A DNA stretch of 64,000 nt from Syntrophorhabdaceae bacterium (GTDB lineage Bacteria > Desulfobacterota > Syntrophorhabdia > Syntrophorhabdales > Syntrophorhabdaceae): positions 736,001-800,000 of the forward strand of contig OY762209.1 of assembly GCA_963665295.1 (NCBI GenBank), written 5' to 3'. Position 1 is the stretch's first letter; each line of letters starts with the position of its first letter. Position numbers and translations under genes: made by a program. Below the pieces are notes generated by a model that searched no databases, was not told the origin of the DNA, and saw only the letters and a list, made by a program, of their open reading frames with translations. Below, in pieces: positions 46,552 to 56,665 of this stretch.

Positions 46552-49326
46552 ATGGACAAGAAAACAAAGGGGTCGTGGTTGGTTCATCACGCTAACAAAT
46601 TACAGGGCGTTGTAAGTCAGTCAGGCTACGAGAAAACATTCCTTGCCGGAAAGGCGGGGATATTGCTCTCGGCTATTTCTTCAAACAGCGAGATAAGGAT
46701 TTCCAACCAGCGCATCGAAACCTTGGCACAAGCTGCGAACATCAATACTACATTCGAGCGGAACGTGTCAATGAAAATGAGACACTTCCATCAGATATTT
46801 AGTGTACCCCGCCATCGCTCGTTGATAATGGCTTATTGATCCAGACGGCGTCAGGCAGTGACGCCGGTTTCGGCATCCTCCCCTTGAACCGTTCCGGATG
46901 TTTTTCATACGCAGCCCGCAGTACGTCCGTACGACCTTCAATGATCCTCAACGCTCTTCCATAATGGACGTCCTCGGGGGTGAGAAGACCTATCCCCGAA
47001 TGGTAATGCTCGGTATTGTACCAGGGGAAGAATGTCTGGCAAAAGGCCCGGGCATCCTCAATGGAGCCGAACCTTTGAGGGAACTCGGGCCGGTACTTCA
47101 TGGTCTTGAACTGAGATTCGGAATAGGGGTTGTCATTACTGACCGAAGGCCTCGAATGGCTCTTGGTGACCCCGAGATCGGCCATGAGCAGGGCGACGGG
47201 TTTCGACGTCATACTCGACCCCCTGTCCGCATGGATCAGGAGCTTACCGGGCTCTATCATTTGCTTCTCGCAGGTCTCCGCGATCAGTTTGCGAGCAAGG
47301 GCGGCAAGTTCCCTGTGGGCCACCATCCACCCCACCACATAGCGGCTGTAGATGTCGAGGATCACATAGAGGTAGTAGTAGGTCCATTTTACGGAACCCT
47401 TGAGCTTCGTGATATCCCAGCTCCACGCCTCGTTGGGCGCCTTCGCGAGGATCTCCGGTTTTGCGTACCGGGGACGGGAGACCTGCCTCCTCCTTTCTTT
47501 CAGCTCACCTTCTTCTTCAAGGATCCGGTACATGGTGCGCACTGAACAGAGATAGCTCTTCTCGTCCAGGAGGGCCGCGTAGATTTCCCGGGGTGCTTTA
47601 TCGATGAAGCGGTCCGAATGAAGGATATCAAGTACATCGTTCCGTTCCCCGAAGGAGAGGGCCAAGGGAGAGAGACGGTTCAAAGGTTCCTTCTCTTTCG
47701 GATGCTGCCACCGGTAAAAGCCCGCACGGGATACGTCGAGGGCGTTGCAGGCAGGGCGGATACCCACTTCATGGGCAAGCGATTGCGTGATGTTCATGAC
47801 TTCTCCTCGCTCGACCCCTTGAGCAGCTCGGCCACTTTTTTTTGGACCTCGATAATGAGCTCCGCCTGTTTCAGTTTATGGGTGAGCCTCGTGTTCTCCT
47901 TTTCCAGTTCGATGGTGCGACGGATAAGGGGATCAGGCTTTTGTGTGACGGGTCCTCTCTTTTTCGGGATGAGGCCCTGGTGAACCTGACGCCGCCATGA
48001 GGTGAGGCTCGATGAATAAAGTCCCTCTCTGCGCAGAAGCGCCCCTATCTCACCCTTCCCGGTACAGTTCTCCACCTCCTTGAGGATACGGAGCTTGTAC
48101 GCCGCGGTGAATTTCCGGCGAACTGCCTTTTCCGGTACTTCCGGATCGGGGACTACCCTTGGTGATGCCATGACTGATTTCTTTTCTTCCACGATCGTTC
48201 TTTCCTTCCCGCCCCCAAGAGTCTAAACTATTGGGTGGGAAGTGTCTCACTTATATTGGCACGGAGGGAGCTGCCAAAGCTGCTTGAAGTGCTTCGCAAT
48301 AAAGACCTGATCGACATGGGTGCCAATACCGTAGCCGTTCTTGGAGTTACCACGTCATCCGCACTCCAACACACTTCGGATATCTTCGAGTCCTCAGAGC
48401 CCAGCGACCTTGAGAAAGCAGCAGTCGAGTTAGCGGAGCTATCCTCAATAGAACCCATAAACCAGGAGGAGGCCATCGACGAGTTGGCCGACAGCCAGCA
48501 TCTTGATGAACCGGTTATTAACCAGGTTCTATTTGATGCCGAGCAAATCGGATTTGTGGACATCGAAAGACTCAGCGATAAAGAAAAGCTCTACTTTAAC
48601 GGAAATCTATTTAGGAGGGAGACCACTAGGAAAATCAAGGCTGTTCTCGATTCTCTTTCTGCGAGGGACCAAACAAAGTTGAACGAACTCACTGAGTCGC
48701 TCAAGGAGAAAGCTTGCATTCCTGTCGACATAGCCAGAAGCCAGCTTGGCGACCAACTCTTCAGCAAAGTTAGCGCAATAGGATTGTTCGATATTAGCGT
48801 CGTAAGCAATTCAACTGAGGAGGTCGGATTCTTGACATTGCCATCAGCTTTCGCCAAATTCAGCAGCTCAATGGTGGATGACGCGTTTGACCTCGCAAAA
48901 GCATTCATCAGTTCTATAACGTATGGGATGACGAAGAGTTCATACGCACGAGGCCAAATTCAAATGGTAGACGCCTTGCTGAGTGCTCTTGTGCGGGGCG
49001 AGAGTGTTGGTCCCGTCCGGGCAATTGCTGAGGACTACCAGATACTGGAGCTAAAGGGCGTTGTTGAGGTTAAGACGGGTACCAAGAAGGGCAGAACGGG
49101 GCCAATGCTAAGGCTACTCAAGAAAGAAGTCGGTGAGTTGGCATTGCAGGCAATTCGTCAAGGTGATGTAAGCGAGCACTCGCTAACCTCACTCCCAAGC
49201 TCAGCGGTAACGCGTTTCAACGGCCCAGAACAAAACAGGGTGAGGGCTCGAAGGGCACAGACTAAGGCAAGCCCAAAGGCAACTAATGACATGCTTTCAG
49301 TTCTCCGTATGGGAGGTGGATTCTAA
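46552..49326 (+). pseudogene. Hypothetical protein (about 420 aa restored) split by IS3-like copy 2
   Basis: MDKKTKGSWLVHH...INTTFE (46552-46758) joins LPKLLEVL... (48271-49326) in frame once the IS and the AG duplication are removed. Confidence 0.75.
46759..48268 (-). mobile_element. IS3-family-like element, copy 2 (1510 bp)
   Basis: Identical ORFs (46799-47797, 47794-48192) and ends to copy 1; AG duplicated. Confidence 0.92.
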
Positions 49327-50378
49327 TGAGAAAACAATCCGCTTTGAATAAGGGGTCCATGATGGAAGAACAGCTCAGAGACTACTTTCTCAAGGCAGGC
49401 TATTACGTTGTCAGAAACGTTCCTTTTGTGTATGAGGGCTTTGACATAACAGATATCGATCTTTGGTTATATGGTCGTACGTCTTCTGTTTCTCGTGAAA
49501 TAACAATTGTAGATATAAAGAATAGGAAAACTCCGCAGGCAATCGAAAGAATCTTCTGGGTCCAAGGGTTAAGGCAGGCGACAAAGGCCACCAATGCGGT
49601 GGTGGCAACCACCGAGAGGCGTCCCGAAGTGAAGGACTTTGGGGCTGACATAGGGGTGTTAGTACTCGACGGGTCCTTCTTAGCTAAACTTGCCAAGCCT
49701 AAAGAACCTGCAACTCAACGTTTGGCAGAAGAAGAATTCGTCTCCATGATCAACGAATACTATCTTGGAAAACTTGATGGGGATTGGAAAGGCAGAATTC
49801 TTGTGTGTAAAAGCCTTCTATCCAAGGGCCTTTCGTTTGACAATTGTAATGCGTGGCTTTCCCATGCAAAGTTTTTTGCCGAGCAAGTCATCACAAAGCC
49901 AACACAACACGAAATATCCTTAAGATGTCTCTATCTTGTTTGTTCCTTCATCGCGATAGGGGTTGATTTCCTACTAAAGGAAATCTCGTTTCTTGAACAG
50001 ACCGAAAGAAGCCAAATGCTAAAAGATGGCTTTACTTATGGCTCTAAGGGAAGTTCTGGAATGAAGAGAGTTCTTAACGTTGCAATGGGGTTGGTTGAAC
50101 AACACGCCGTCAACGGAAACGTAATCTCTAACCAGGTTCGCTCCAGTGTCGAACGTCAGTTAGCGTCCTTACATACGGTCATCTTGGGTGAATTTTTCTC
50201 TAAGATGGAGATGGCCAAACACCTCTTTACTGTTGCGAGAGAACTGGAACTTCTGTCAATGCAAAGGGTCTTTTCACCGCACACAAACGCGTCGACTGAG
50301 CTTAGAAGTGTTCTTGGCTGTTTGCTCGATTATTGGGGCATTGATAGGGTTGTCTTTGGCGAGAAGGCAAGCGGGTGA
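49326..50378 (+). CDS. Putative PD-(D/E)xK restriction-fold nuclease with a helical C-terminal domain
   Basis: 'KG..MEE.LRDYF...GY.V' then 'TDIDLW' and 'IVDIK'; TAATG coupling to the upstream gene. Confidence 0.6.
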   Translation: MRKQSALNKGSMMEEQLRDYFLKAGYYVVRNVPFVYEGFDITDIDLWLYGRTSSVSREITIVDIKNRKTPQAIERIFWVQGLRQATKATNAVVATTERRPEVKDFGADIGVLVLDGSFLAKLAKPKEPATQRLAEEEFVSMINEYYLGKLDGDWKGRILVCKSLLSKGLSFDNCNAWLSHAKFFAEQVITKPTQHEISLRCLYLVCSFIAIGVDFLLKEISFLEQTERSQMLKDGFTYGSKGSSGMKRVLNVAMGLVEQHAVNGNVISNQVRSSVERQLASLHTVILGEFFSKMEMAKHLFTVARELELLSMQRVFSPHTNASTELRSVLGCLLDYWGIDRVVFGEKASG

Positions 50379-50575
50379 TAAAAAAAAGGGGGAAGACGGG
50401 TAACAAATTCTAGTTTTAGTTTGGTCGTTTATAGGTGTGAAACGGACGCTTGTTTTAAATAAAACTCCTGACGAAACATGTGAAAGTGGAACCTTGCCTA
50501 ACTCGTAGATTCAGCGAATCGGCCATAGAGGCCTCTGACTGGCCCGGTCCAGACGGGTCAAATTGGAGGAAATAG

Positions 50576-51337
50576 TTGCGCATCTGTATTTTTTGCACAG
50601 AAAAAGCATCTACAGTGGAGGATGTCTGGCCCCTGTGGCTGATGAAGCGGTTTCCCTCTTCCAACAAAGCCCGCACATATGCAGAAATTGGCGTACGGGG
50701 CATGGTCAACTGGCCGACGGCGAAGCCAAGTCTGTCTCTCAAGCGGCTTTGCAAAACCTGTAACAACGGCTGGATGAGCAGACTCGAAAACGAAGCGAAG
50801 CCGGTCGTAGAGTCTATTCTTGACGACAAGATTGAGGCCATAGACGCTTCGGCTCAGTTTATTCTTGCACGGTGGGCAGTAAAGACGGCAATGGTGATAG
50901 AGACTGTGGATGCGGATCGGCCCTGGTTTTACTCCGAGACAGAAAGAGCGTTCATGCGTGACACGCAGACAATTCCACAGCGCACCTCAGTTTGGATAGC
51001 CAAGTGTATCCTTCATCCGAACATCTATAGTGCCGCAAAGGACTTACGAACCTCGCTTGACGATAGTGGTGTACGTGCATTTGTTACTACAATGGCCTTT
51101 GGATCCCTCGCGTTTCAAGTGGTGAGTATCAAGACTCCTGCCGAGATACCCGCAACGACAGGAGTGGCATATGATGTCAGTGATGGACCTTGGAACCAGA
51201 CACTCGCACAGGTATGGCCGAAGAGTGAGGAACCACTGGTTTGGCCACCGCCGTACGGCCTTGCGGACGAGCTGGGGTTGGAAGCCCTGACTGAGCGCCT
51301 GAGTCCTGTAAAGAAGCTATGCAGAAATGACAAGTGA
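50576..51337 (+). CDS. Hypothetical protein with an HNH-like Zn-finger N-terminus
   Basis: CIFC...EDVWP.W...LCKTCNNGWMS.LE; GGAGG RBS, TTG start. Confidence 0.65.
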   Translation: MRICIFCTEKASTVEDVWPLWLMKRFPSSNKARTYAEIGVRGMVNWPTAKPSLSLKRLCKTCNNGWMSRLENEAKPVVESILDDKIEAIDASAQFILARWAVKTAMVIETVDADRPWFYSETERAFMRDTQTIPQRTSVWIAKCILHPNIYSAAKDLRTSLDDSGVRAFVTTMAFGSLAFQVVSIKTPAEIPATTGVAYDVSDGPWNQTLAQVWPKSEEPLVWPPPYGLADELGLEALTERLSPVKKLCRNDK

Positions 51338-51339
51338 CC

Positions 51340-51407
51340 ATTTAATGACGGCGTGCACCGGCTCGGCAAAAAGCGGCGCTTCCTTCCCGGTGACGACTGG
51401 TTTTGGC
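51340..51407 (+). repeat. Degenerate attC-like site
   Basis: Starts just after the stop codon; CGT(G)CACCGG / CCGGTGACG pairing with an extrahelical G; eroded cores ATTTAAT and GTTTTGG. Confidence 0.45.
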
Positions 51408-51441
51408 AGCGAACAATAAACCAAAATAAGGAGGCACGACG

Positions 51442-51744
51442 ATGGCTTACAGTTATCCGTTCAAGACAACCGACGAAAGAACAAAACTGGCTGTATGGGC
51501 AAAAGGAAGAATAGTCCCGGATAAGGATGGGAAGCATTGGGATCCGGCCGAGTGGCGATACGACACCTGTGGTAAACCCATAAAATACGTCGAGCATGGA
51601 AACACTAACTCAGACGTTGGATGGGAAATAGACCACATAAAGCCAACTGCTAAGGGCGGTCCGAACACTTTTGATAACCTCCAGCCTCTGCAATGGGAGA
51701 ATAACCGGGCAAAGGGTGATAATTACCCATGGTCTTGCCCCTGA
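51442..51744 (+). CDS. HNH endonuclease
   Basis: 'GWEIDHIKP..KGG.N..DNLQPLQWENNRAKGD'; AAGGAGG RBS. Confidence 0.88.
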   Translation: MAYSYPFKTTDERTKLAVWAKGRIVPDKDGKHWDPAEWRYDTCGKPIKYVEHGNTNSDVGWEIDHIKPTAKGGPNTFDNLQPLQWENNRAKGDNYPWSCP

Positions 51745-51883
51745 GTTTTGCCTGTTGAACGGGGATCATCGATTGAGACGGTGAAATAACTGTATTCGGA
51801 CATGGATCATCGTTTATGTTGTATGTCTCCCCCGGTGGAGGTGTTTCTGGAAATTTATCCATTAACTACCTCCTCAAAGAATG

Positions 51884-51948
51884 TGCTAACCAGTCGCCGC
51901 CCGGACCGAACCCGCGCTATGCGCGTCTCGGTGAGCTTTTCGTTGGGC
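51884..51948 (+). repeat. attC-like site
   Basis: TGCTAAC ... CGCGC-TAT-GCGCG ... GTTGGGC; 65 bp, cores resembling RYYYAAC and GTTRRRY. Confidence 0.55.
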
Positions 51949-51968
51949 ACAAAGGAGAGAACGTCTGA

Positions 51969-53348
51969 GTGATATTCTTGAGTAGCCTGCCAGAAAAATA
52001 TGTCGGAAAACAGATCGAAATGGATTGTGTCGACGTTGAAATCCATCGTTTCGAAGACAATCAACCCCCTATCTTCAAAGGACCTGGGATCATCAGAGGC
52101 GATAAGTCTGGTCGGCTATCGTACAAAGTTTATAATCAGATTCAAGTCAATGCAGAGATTCTTGCCTATTTGAAACAAATTGGAGAAAAGAACGATCCAC
52201 GAAAGCCAAACCTTAGACTGTTTGCACAAGGCTATGACGGAATGAAGTGGAATGGAGCTTGGTCAATACCGGTGCTAAACATCTTTCAAGCACCATATAT
52301 GCTGGTTGAGGGGGAGTTTGATCAACTGGGAGCCCGCGTTGAGAAGATACAGGGGGACCGAATCTCAAATTCTACTGAACTGGTTTTCTCAGATCATTTT
52401 GACCTGCCTCTTGCCGGAACGGTTAAGGTGGAAAGCTTCCATGGGGAAGAGGTCCTATCTACGAGCTTTTGGGGAGATCACCATGACGTCGCTTTTGATG
52501 ACTCTCTAATCAGATTTCAAAAAAGTCCGGATAAATCACGGCTTCATGTAACCGCACCTGACGGCGACCGATTTGCCCCGCCATACGTTGAGAACTGGAT
52601 TACGGAAGCTCTAATCTTCGTCACCGCGAGAATGGTTTACCCCAGAATGATCATACGTCACTTCGAGAAGGACGCGCTTGTATTCATAAGAGCAACGCCA
52701 AGAAGCATAGAAAGCGGAATGCTACCGCCCTTTTCGTCTGGACCAGACACCAGAGATTTTTTTTGGAAAGCGTTTTGTTCCTACCTGGGCAAATGCAAGT
52801 CGCTTCAGCAATTCGAGTCTCTCGAAATGACAAAAGGCTTTTCTGAGTTGTGTCTAGCCGGCAAAGGGACGCTGCAGGGCTTCCTTATTTCGCTGTCAAT
52901 CTACATAGAGTTTTGTGTAAATCTCATTTTCTCTTCCTTGGAAGGTAGCGGCTCGCGGGAAGACGATTACAGAAAGAACGTTGAAGACCTTGTTCAACAT
53001 GTCGGTGCGTGGGACCGTGATGACACGATAAGAGAGAGGGCGAAAGGGCTTCTATCAATGCTTTTCACACCCTCGTTGTCAAAGAGAATGGATATTCTTG
53101 TTGGGCAGGGCGTAATAACCGAAATCCAGAAAAGTACTTGGAAGAAGGCTAGGCCATATCTTGCACACGGAAATGTCATTGATTTCAAAAAGGAAGAGGA
53201 ATTCTGGCATATCCGCAACCACCTTATTTCCATGGTTTACAGGCTGATATTCAGGATAATTGGTTACAGAGGGCTTGTGTTAGAGTATGACGGCAGTGAG
53301 TTTGGGCACATCCCGTATGAATGGAATGATCCGCAGGATAATAGGTGA
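51969..53348 (+). CDS. Hypothetical protein, ApeA/HEPN-like
   Basis: 459 aa; C-terminal 'WKKARPYLAHG' (R-x4-H) and 'IIGYRG'; AGGAG RBS just after the attC-like site. Confidence 0.55.
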   Translation: MIFLSSLPEKYVGKQIEMDCVDVEIHRFEDNQPPIFKGPGIIRGDKSGRLSYKVYNQIQVNAEILAYLKQIGEKNDPRKPNLRLFAQGYDGMKWNGAWSIPVLNIFQAPYMLVEGEFDQLGARVEKIQGDRISNSTELVFSDHFDLPLAGTVKVESFHGEEVLSTSFWGDHHDVAFDDSLIRFQKSPDKSRLHVTAPDGDRFAPPYVENWITEALIFVTARMVYPRMIIRHFEKDALVFIRATPRSIESGMLPPFSSGPDTRDFFWKAFCSYLGKCKSLQQFESLEMTKGFSELCLAGKGTLQGFLISLSIYIEFCVNLIFSSLEGSGSREDDYRKNVEDLVQHVGAWDRDDTIRERAKGLLSMLFTPSLSKRMDILVGQGVITEIQKSTWKKARPYLAHGNVIDFKKEEEFWHIRNHLISMVYRLIFRIIGYRGLVLEYDGSEFGHIPYEWNDPQDNR

Positions 53349-53645
53349 GCAATACATCGCTGGTATGCAGAGTTCAATACTATGAAATGCTGGCTAGGCA
53401 CGGCGCGTCTGGAACAAAAAACATTGCGGCGAAACAGAATATAAGGACGGGCATCAGTAACTCCGCTCAGCCGGGTTCGATGGGGTACACTTGGGTGGTT
53501 TGCGCGCTCACGAAGATGTCCTAAACACTAATTGTACCATCCAGCTTGCGGTGCACAAGCGAAACCATAGCAAATATGTCAAGTGCATCTTCCTCTGTTA
53601 TTGGCCATAATATTTTTGGCGCATGTGCGGTACTCGAAGTGATGG

Positions 53646-54668
53646 TCATGTCTCGTTGCTGAGCAATGCCTCAATCTGCTCGGGGCTAGGCAACTGTCCC
53701 TCAAGAGCCTTCGGCAGTCTCTTCACTATGTGGTATTCGCCGACACCAATGGGCTTGTCCGCATATCGGAGGGCATATTCCACAATGATCCGGTCTTTGG
53801 TTTTGCAAAGAATAATGCCGATGGAGGGGTTCTCATCGGGAAGCCGGACCAGATCGTCGAGGGCCGCCAGATAAAACTGCATCTTCCCCGCGTGCTCAGG
53901 CTGAAACTCAACGGTCTTAAGTTCAATGGCTACCAGAGATTTGAGCCTGCGATGGTAGAGGAGAAGGTCTATGAAATATTCCTTGTCACTCACTTGGAGC
54001 CGATACTGACTGCCAAGAAAAGCAAAGGCACCACCCATCTCCCGGAGAAAATGCTCGATCTTTCCAATCAGGCCCCTTTCAAGCTCCCGCTCACTGTGCT
54101 CTTCAGCCAGTTCGAGAAAGTCAAAGGTATATTCGTCTTTCACAGCCAGCTTTGCCTGAGCGCGGATATGCTCAGGCACGGTCTTGTCAAAATTGGTCTG
54201 CCCAAGCAATGTCTTTTCGTAGGACTGATTCTCGATCTGGTGGATCAGGACGGCCTTGGTCCATCCGAATTTCTTTGTCATACGGATGTAGAACTCCCGC
54301 TCAAGATCATCCTTGCAACTGCCCATGATAACGAGGTTTTTGGTCCAGCTGATTTCTCCAACCAGTGGTTGGAGTTTTGGCTTGCCGGAGTATTCGACGA
54401 AGAGTTGTCTCATATACCAGAGATTCTGAGCGGAGAATCCCTGCACTCCAGGAAAATCCTTCTGCAGGTCAGCGGCAAGCCTCGCTACCACCGACTTCCC
54501 CCAACTCTCCGCCTTCTGGCGCTCCACAATCATACGGCCGATATCCCAGTAAAGAGCGATAAGCTCCTTATTGACGGCCCGAAGCGCCTCGTACTGGGCA
54601 GACCGAATCCGTTCCCGGACTTCCCCTAGGAGTGCATTGTATGTGGATGTGGGTTTCACTGCGGGCAT
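53646..54668 (-). CDS. yhcG: YhcG/DUF1016 PD-(D/E)xK nuclease-domain protein
   Basis: 'AVNKELIALYWDIG', 'GFSAQNLWYMR', 'KDEYTFDFL', 'IDLLLYHRRLKSLVAIELK', 'SIGIILCK'; ATG at 54668. Confidence 0.92.
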   Translation of the reverse strand: MPAVKPTSTYNALLGEVRERIRSAQYEALRAVNKELIALYWDIGRMIVERQKAESWGKSVVARLAADLQKDFPGVQGFSAQNLWYMRQLFVEYSGKPKLQPLVGEISWTKNLVIMGSCKDDLEREFYIRMTKKFGWTKAVLIHQIENQSYEKTLLGQTNFDKTVPEHIRAQAKLAVKDEYTFDFLELAEEHSERELERGLIGKIEHFLREMGGAFAFLGSQYRLQVSDKEYFIDLLLYHRRLKSLVAIELKTVEFQPEHAGKMQFYLAALDDLVRLPDENPSIGIILCKTKDRIIVEYALRYADKPIGVGEYHIVKRLPKALEGQLPSPEQIEALLSNET

Positions 54669-54974
54669 ATCTTGTCTCTCAATTCTCCATACTATAGTGG
54701 AATAGTTCTTGCTTTTCAAGTTTTTGATGTGATAACAATGCTTCTCTGAACAGCCTTTGCTGCGTACTTGACAGTGCATTGCTTGAAGATGAGTGACGGA
54801 TATAGGAAGACAACGTTCCTGGTAATATCGCTACAATCGGGGGTACGGCGCTCAATCTGTTTCGAAAGAAACCTTGCTCAAAAGAGGCGGCGCGGGAAAG
54901 AGACGTGAGGCCCGGTGTGATACTGACTACCTCGAACAGGCATTCATGGGGTAAATGCACTTGCCTGCTTCGCT

Positions 54975-55190
54975 TCACCCCCCTCCGAATAATGCACAGC
55001 CTTGCAGTTTGAATCTTTCGACTAACTCCTTCAGGTCCTTTTCTGTCATCTCGAAATACCCTGCCATACACGTCAGACACATCATCCGTTCAATCTGCCG
55101 ATGGATGAGTTTCTTGTTAAGTGCAATTTCATTGTGGGAAAGTATCTCTTTGTCGCAGTAAGCGCAACCGACTTGTTTCCCCCCACTCAT
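54975..55190 (-). CDS. Small Cys-rich (CxxC...CxxC) protein, last gene of the BREX operon
   Basis: CAYC...CLTC...GCALF; ATGA overlap with brxL. Confidence 0.7.
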   Translation of the reverse strand: MSGGKQVGCAYCDKEILSHNEIALNKKLIHRQIERMMCLTCMAGYFEMTEKDLKELVERFKLQGCALFGGG

Positions 55191-56644
55191 TGGTCTGCCT
55201 CGCGTAACGTGTAAGCAGCTACGTTCTTCCCTCCGTATTCGAGCGGGTCTATCATCTGCAACTGCTGCCGGATCACTGTACGCATCTGCACGGCGGGACG
55301 CAAACAGTATCGTTTAAACTCCCCTCTGTCTATTCTGTCGGGTTCCGTGACGTGAGGAAAAAGCAATTTTAGGTAAGCCGTGCATAATCGCAAAACTGCT
55401 TCCGTATCACGAGTGTCCGCCGCAGCGGGATAGTCCACCAGCTTTTCAACGACATGCCGGTAGATCAGTGTTTCCGAAGGCTGGCGAAGCAGATGTATGA
55501 TTTCAGAAAAATACTCCGTGTTCAGCGCCCAACCGTTGATTTTTAGGTTCTCACTCATGCGCGGGATGTCGCGCCCCTTGATAAAACCGTGGAACCGGTC
55601 CAATAATGCCGACTCGTGAAACACGACCGGCAACCTCTGGAACATGTCTCTGGTTTCATCCATCTCCGTTTGTGGGATGTTTCCGAGCAGAATGACACCG
55701 GCCCCGCCAATGATACGATTCTTGCCGACCGTAATCTCCCCACTTTCCATGTAGGCTTTTAGCCCTCCTTGCATCTCGCTCGGGTCGTGGAAGTTGATCG
55801 ACTGGATTTCATCCAGCGCTACGAAGTCGTTTGAGGCGATCAGGCCAGGACTCTTCCCATTGATATCGCCGAACATCTTCGCCCGCGTGAGCGTCCCTCC
55901 GCTGACCAGCCAGCCGTATTTCCCTATCCGCCCGAACAGATACGACTTGCCCGTTCCTTTGGGTGCCAGTTCCACCAGATTTAGTCGTGGTTCGATGAAT
56001 GGCAGCAAGCGCGTCAACACCGTGTGTTTCTGTACCCAGTCTTCGTATCCCTCAGGGCTGTAATCAATCGCACCTAAGACAACGTCGATCCACTCCTCAG
56101 CATTAAACTGACTGCGAGCCTCTCTGTAAGCGTCGAGATCAATGGTGTACGGACAGAAATTCTTATACTCTAAGAGTGTGAAACATCCCCGCGGAGTTTC
56201 GCCGTCAGGGCTTCGGTACCCCAGTTGTACCAGCCCCCAGCCCCCAGCCGTTCTTACAACATCATCTTTAATCCGGTTCCAGACATAATCCTCAATCAGC
56301 GTTTCAGCATGTCCAAGCCCCAATTCCGGAATCGCAAACGTAAACTCGTCGGTCCGTACGCTGAATTGAATTTCAATTTTGGCCAGGAACTTCTTCGTGC
56401 GTCCCTCGCTTCGCGCTGCGTCCTTCAATCCCAGCAAATTCTCCCGGCGCGGGATGATTTCGTAAATGTATTTTCGCAAAGCTTCGGCATCATGGATTCT
56501 CCCGTCAGACTCCGCCTTGCGTTTCAGAATCCAATCCCGCAAAAACGATGGAATCGATGCCGCTTTGAAGATTGCCACGATGTTCGGATCTTTGAAAACT
56601 GTCGTGTCCGGGAATACCGCCCGCAATTTAATAGTATCGACCAT
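55187..56644 (-). CDS. brxL: BrxL-like AAA+ protein (no C-terminal Lon protease domain)
   Basis: 'RLLPFIEPRLNLVELAPKGTGKS', 'VALDEIQ', 'ESALLDRFHGFI.G', 'RD..AV.R'. Confidence 0.88.
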   Translation of the reverse strand: MVDTIKLRAVFPDTTVFKDPNIVAIFKAASIPSFLRDWILKRKAESDGRIHDAEALRKYIYEIIPRRENLLGLKDAARSEGRTKKFLAKIEIQFSVRTDEFTFAIPELGLGHAETLIEDYVWNRIKDDVVRTAGGWGLVQLGYRSPDGETPRGCFTLLEYKNFCPYTIDLDAYREARSQFNAEEWIDVVLGAIDYSPEGYEDWVQKHTVLTRLLPFIEPRLNLVELAPKGTGKSYLFGRIGKYGWLVSGGTLTRAKMFGDINGKSPGLIASNDFVALDEIQSINFHDPSEMQGGLKAYMESGEITVGKNRIIGGAGVILLGNIPQTEMDETRDMFQRLPVVFHESALLDRFHGFIKGRDIPRMSENLKINGWALNTEYFSEIIHLLRQPSETLIYRHVVEKLVDYPAAADTRDTEAVLRLCTAYLKLLFPHVTEPDRIDRGEFKRYCLRPAVQMRTVIRQQLQMIDPLEYGGKNVAAYTLREADQ

Positions 56645-56665
56645 GGTTAATTGCCCTCGATGAAA

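Noticed and set aside
53465..53490. CCGGGTTCGA as attR or a tRNA fragment
   Set aside because: Does not extend to the tmRNA 3' sequence TTCCCGCCGCCTCCACCA
54669..54779. Longer N-terminus of YhcG in the ORF track
   Set aside because: Family similarity starts near MPAVKP (54668)
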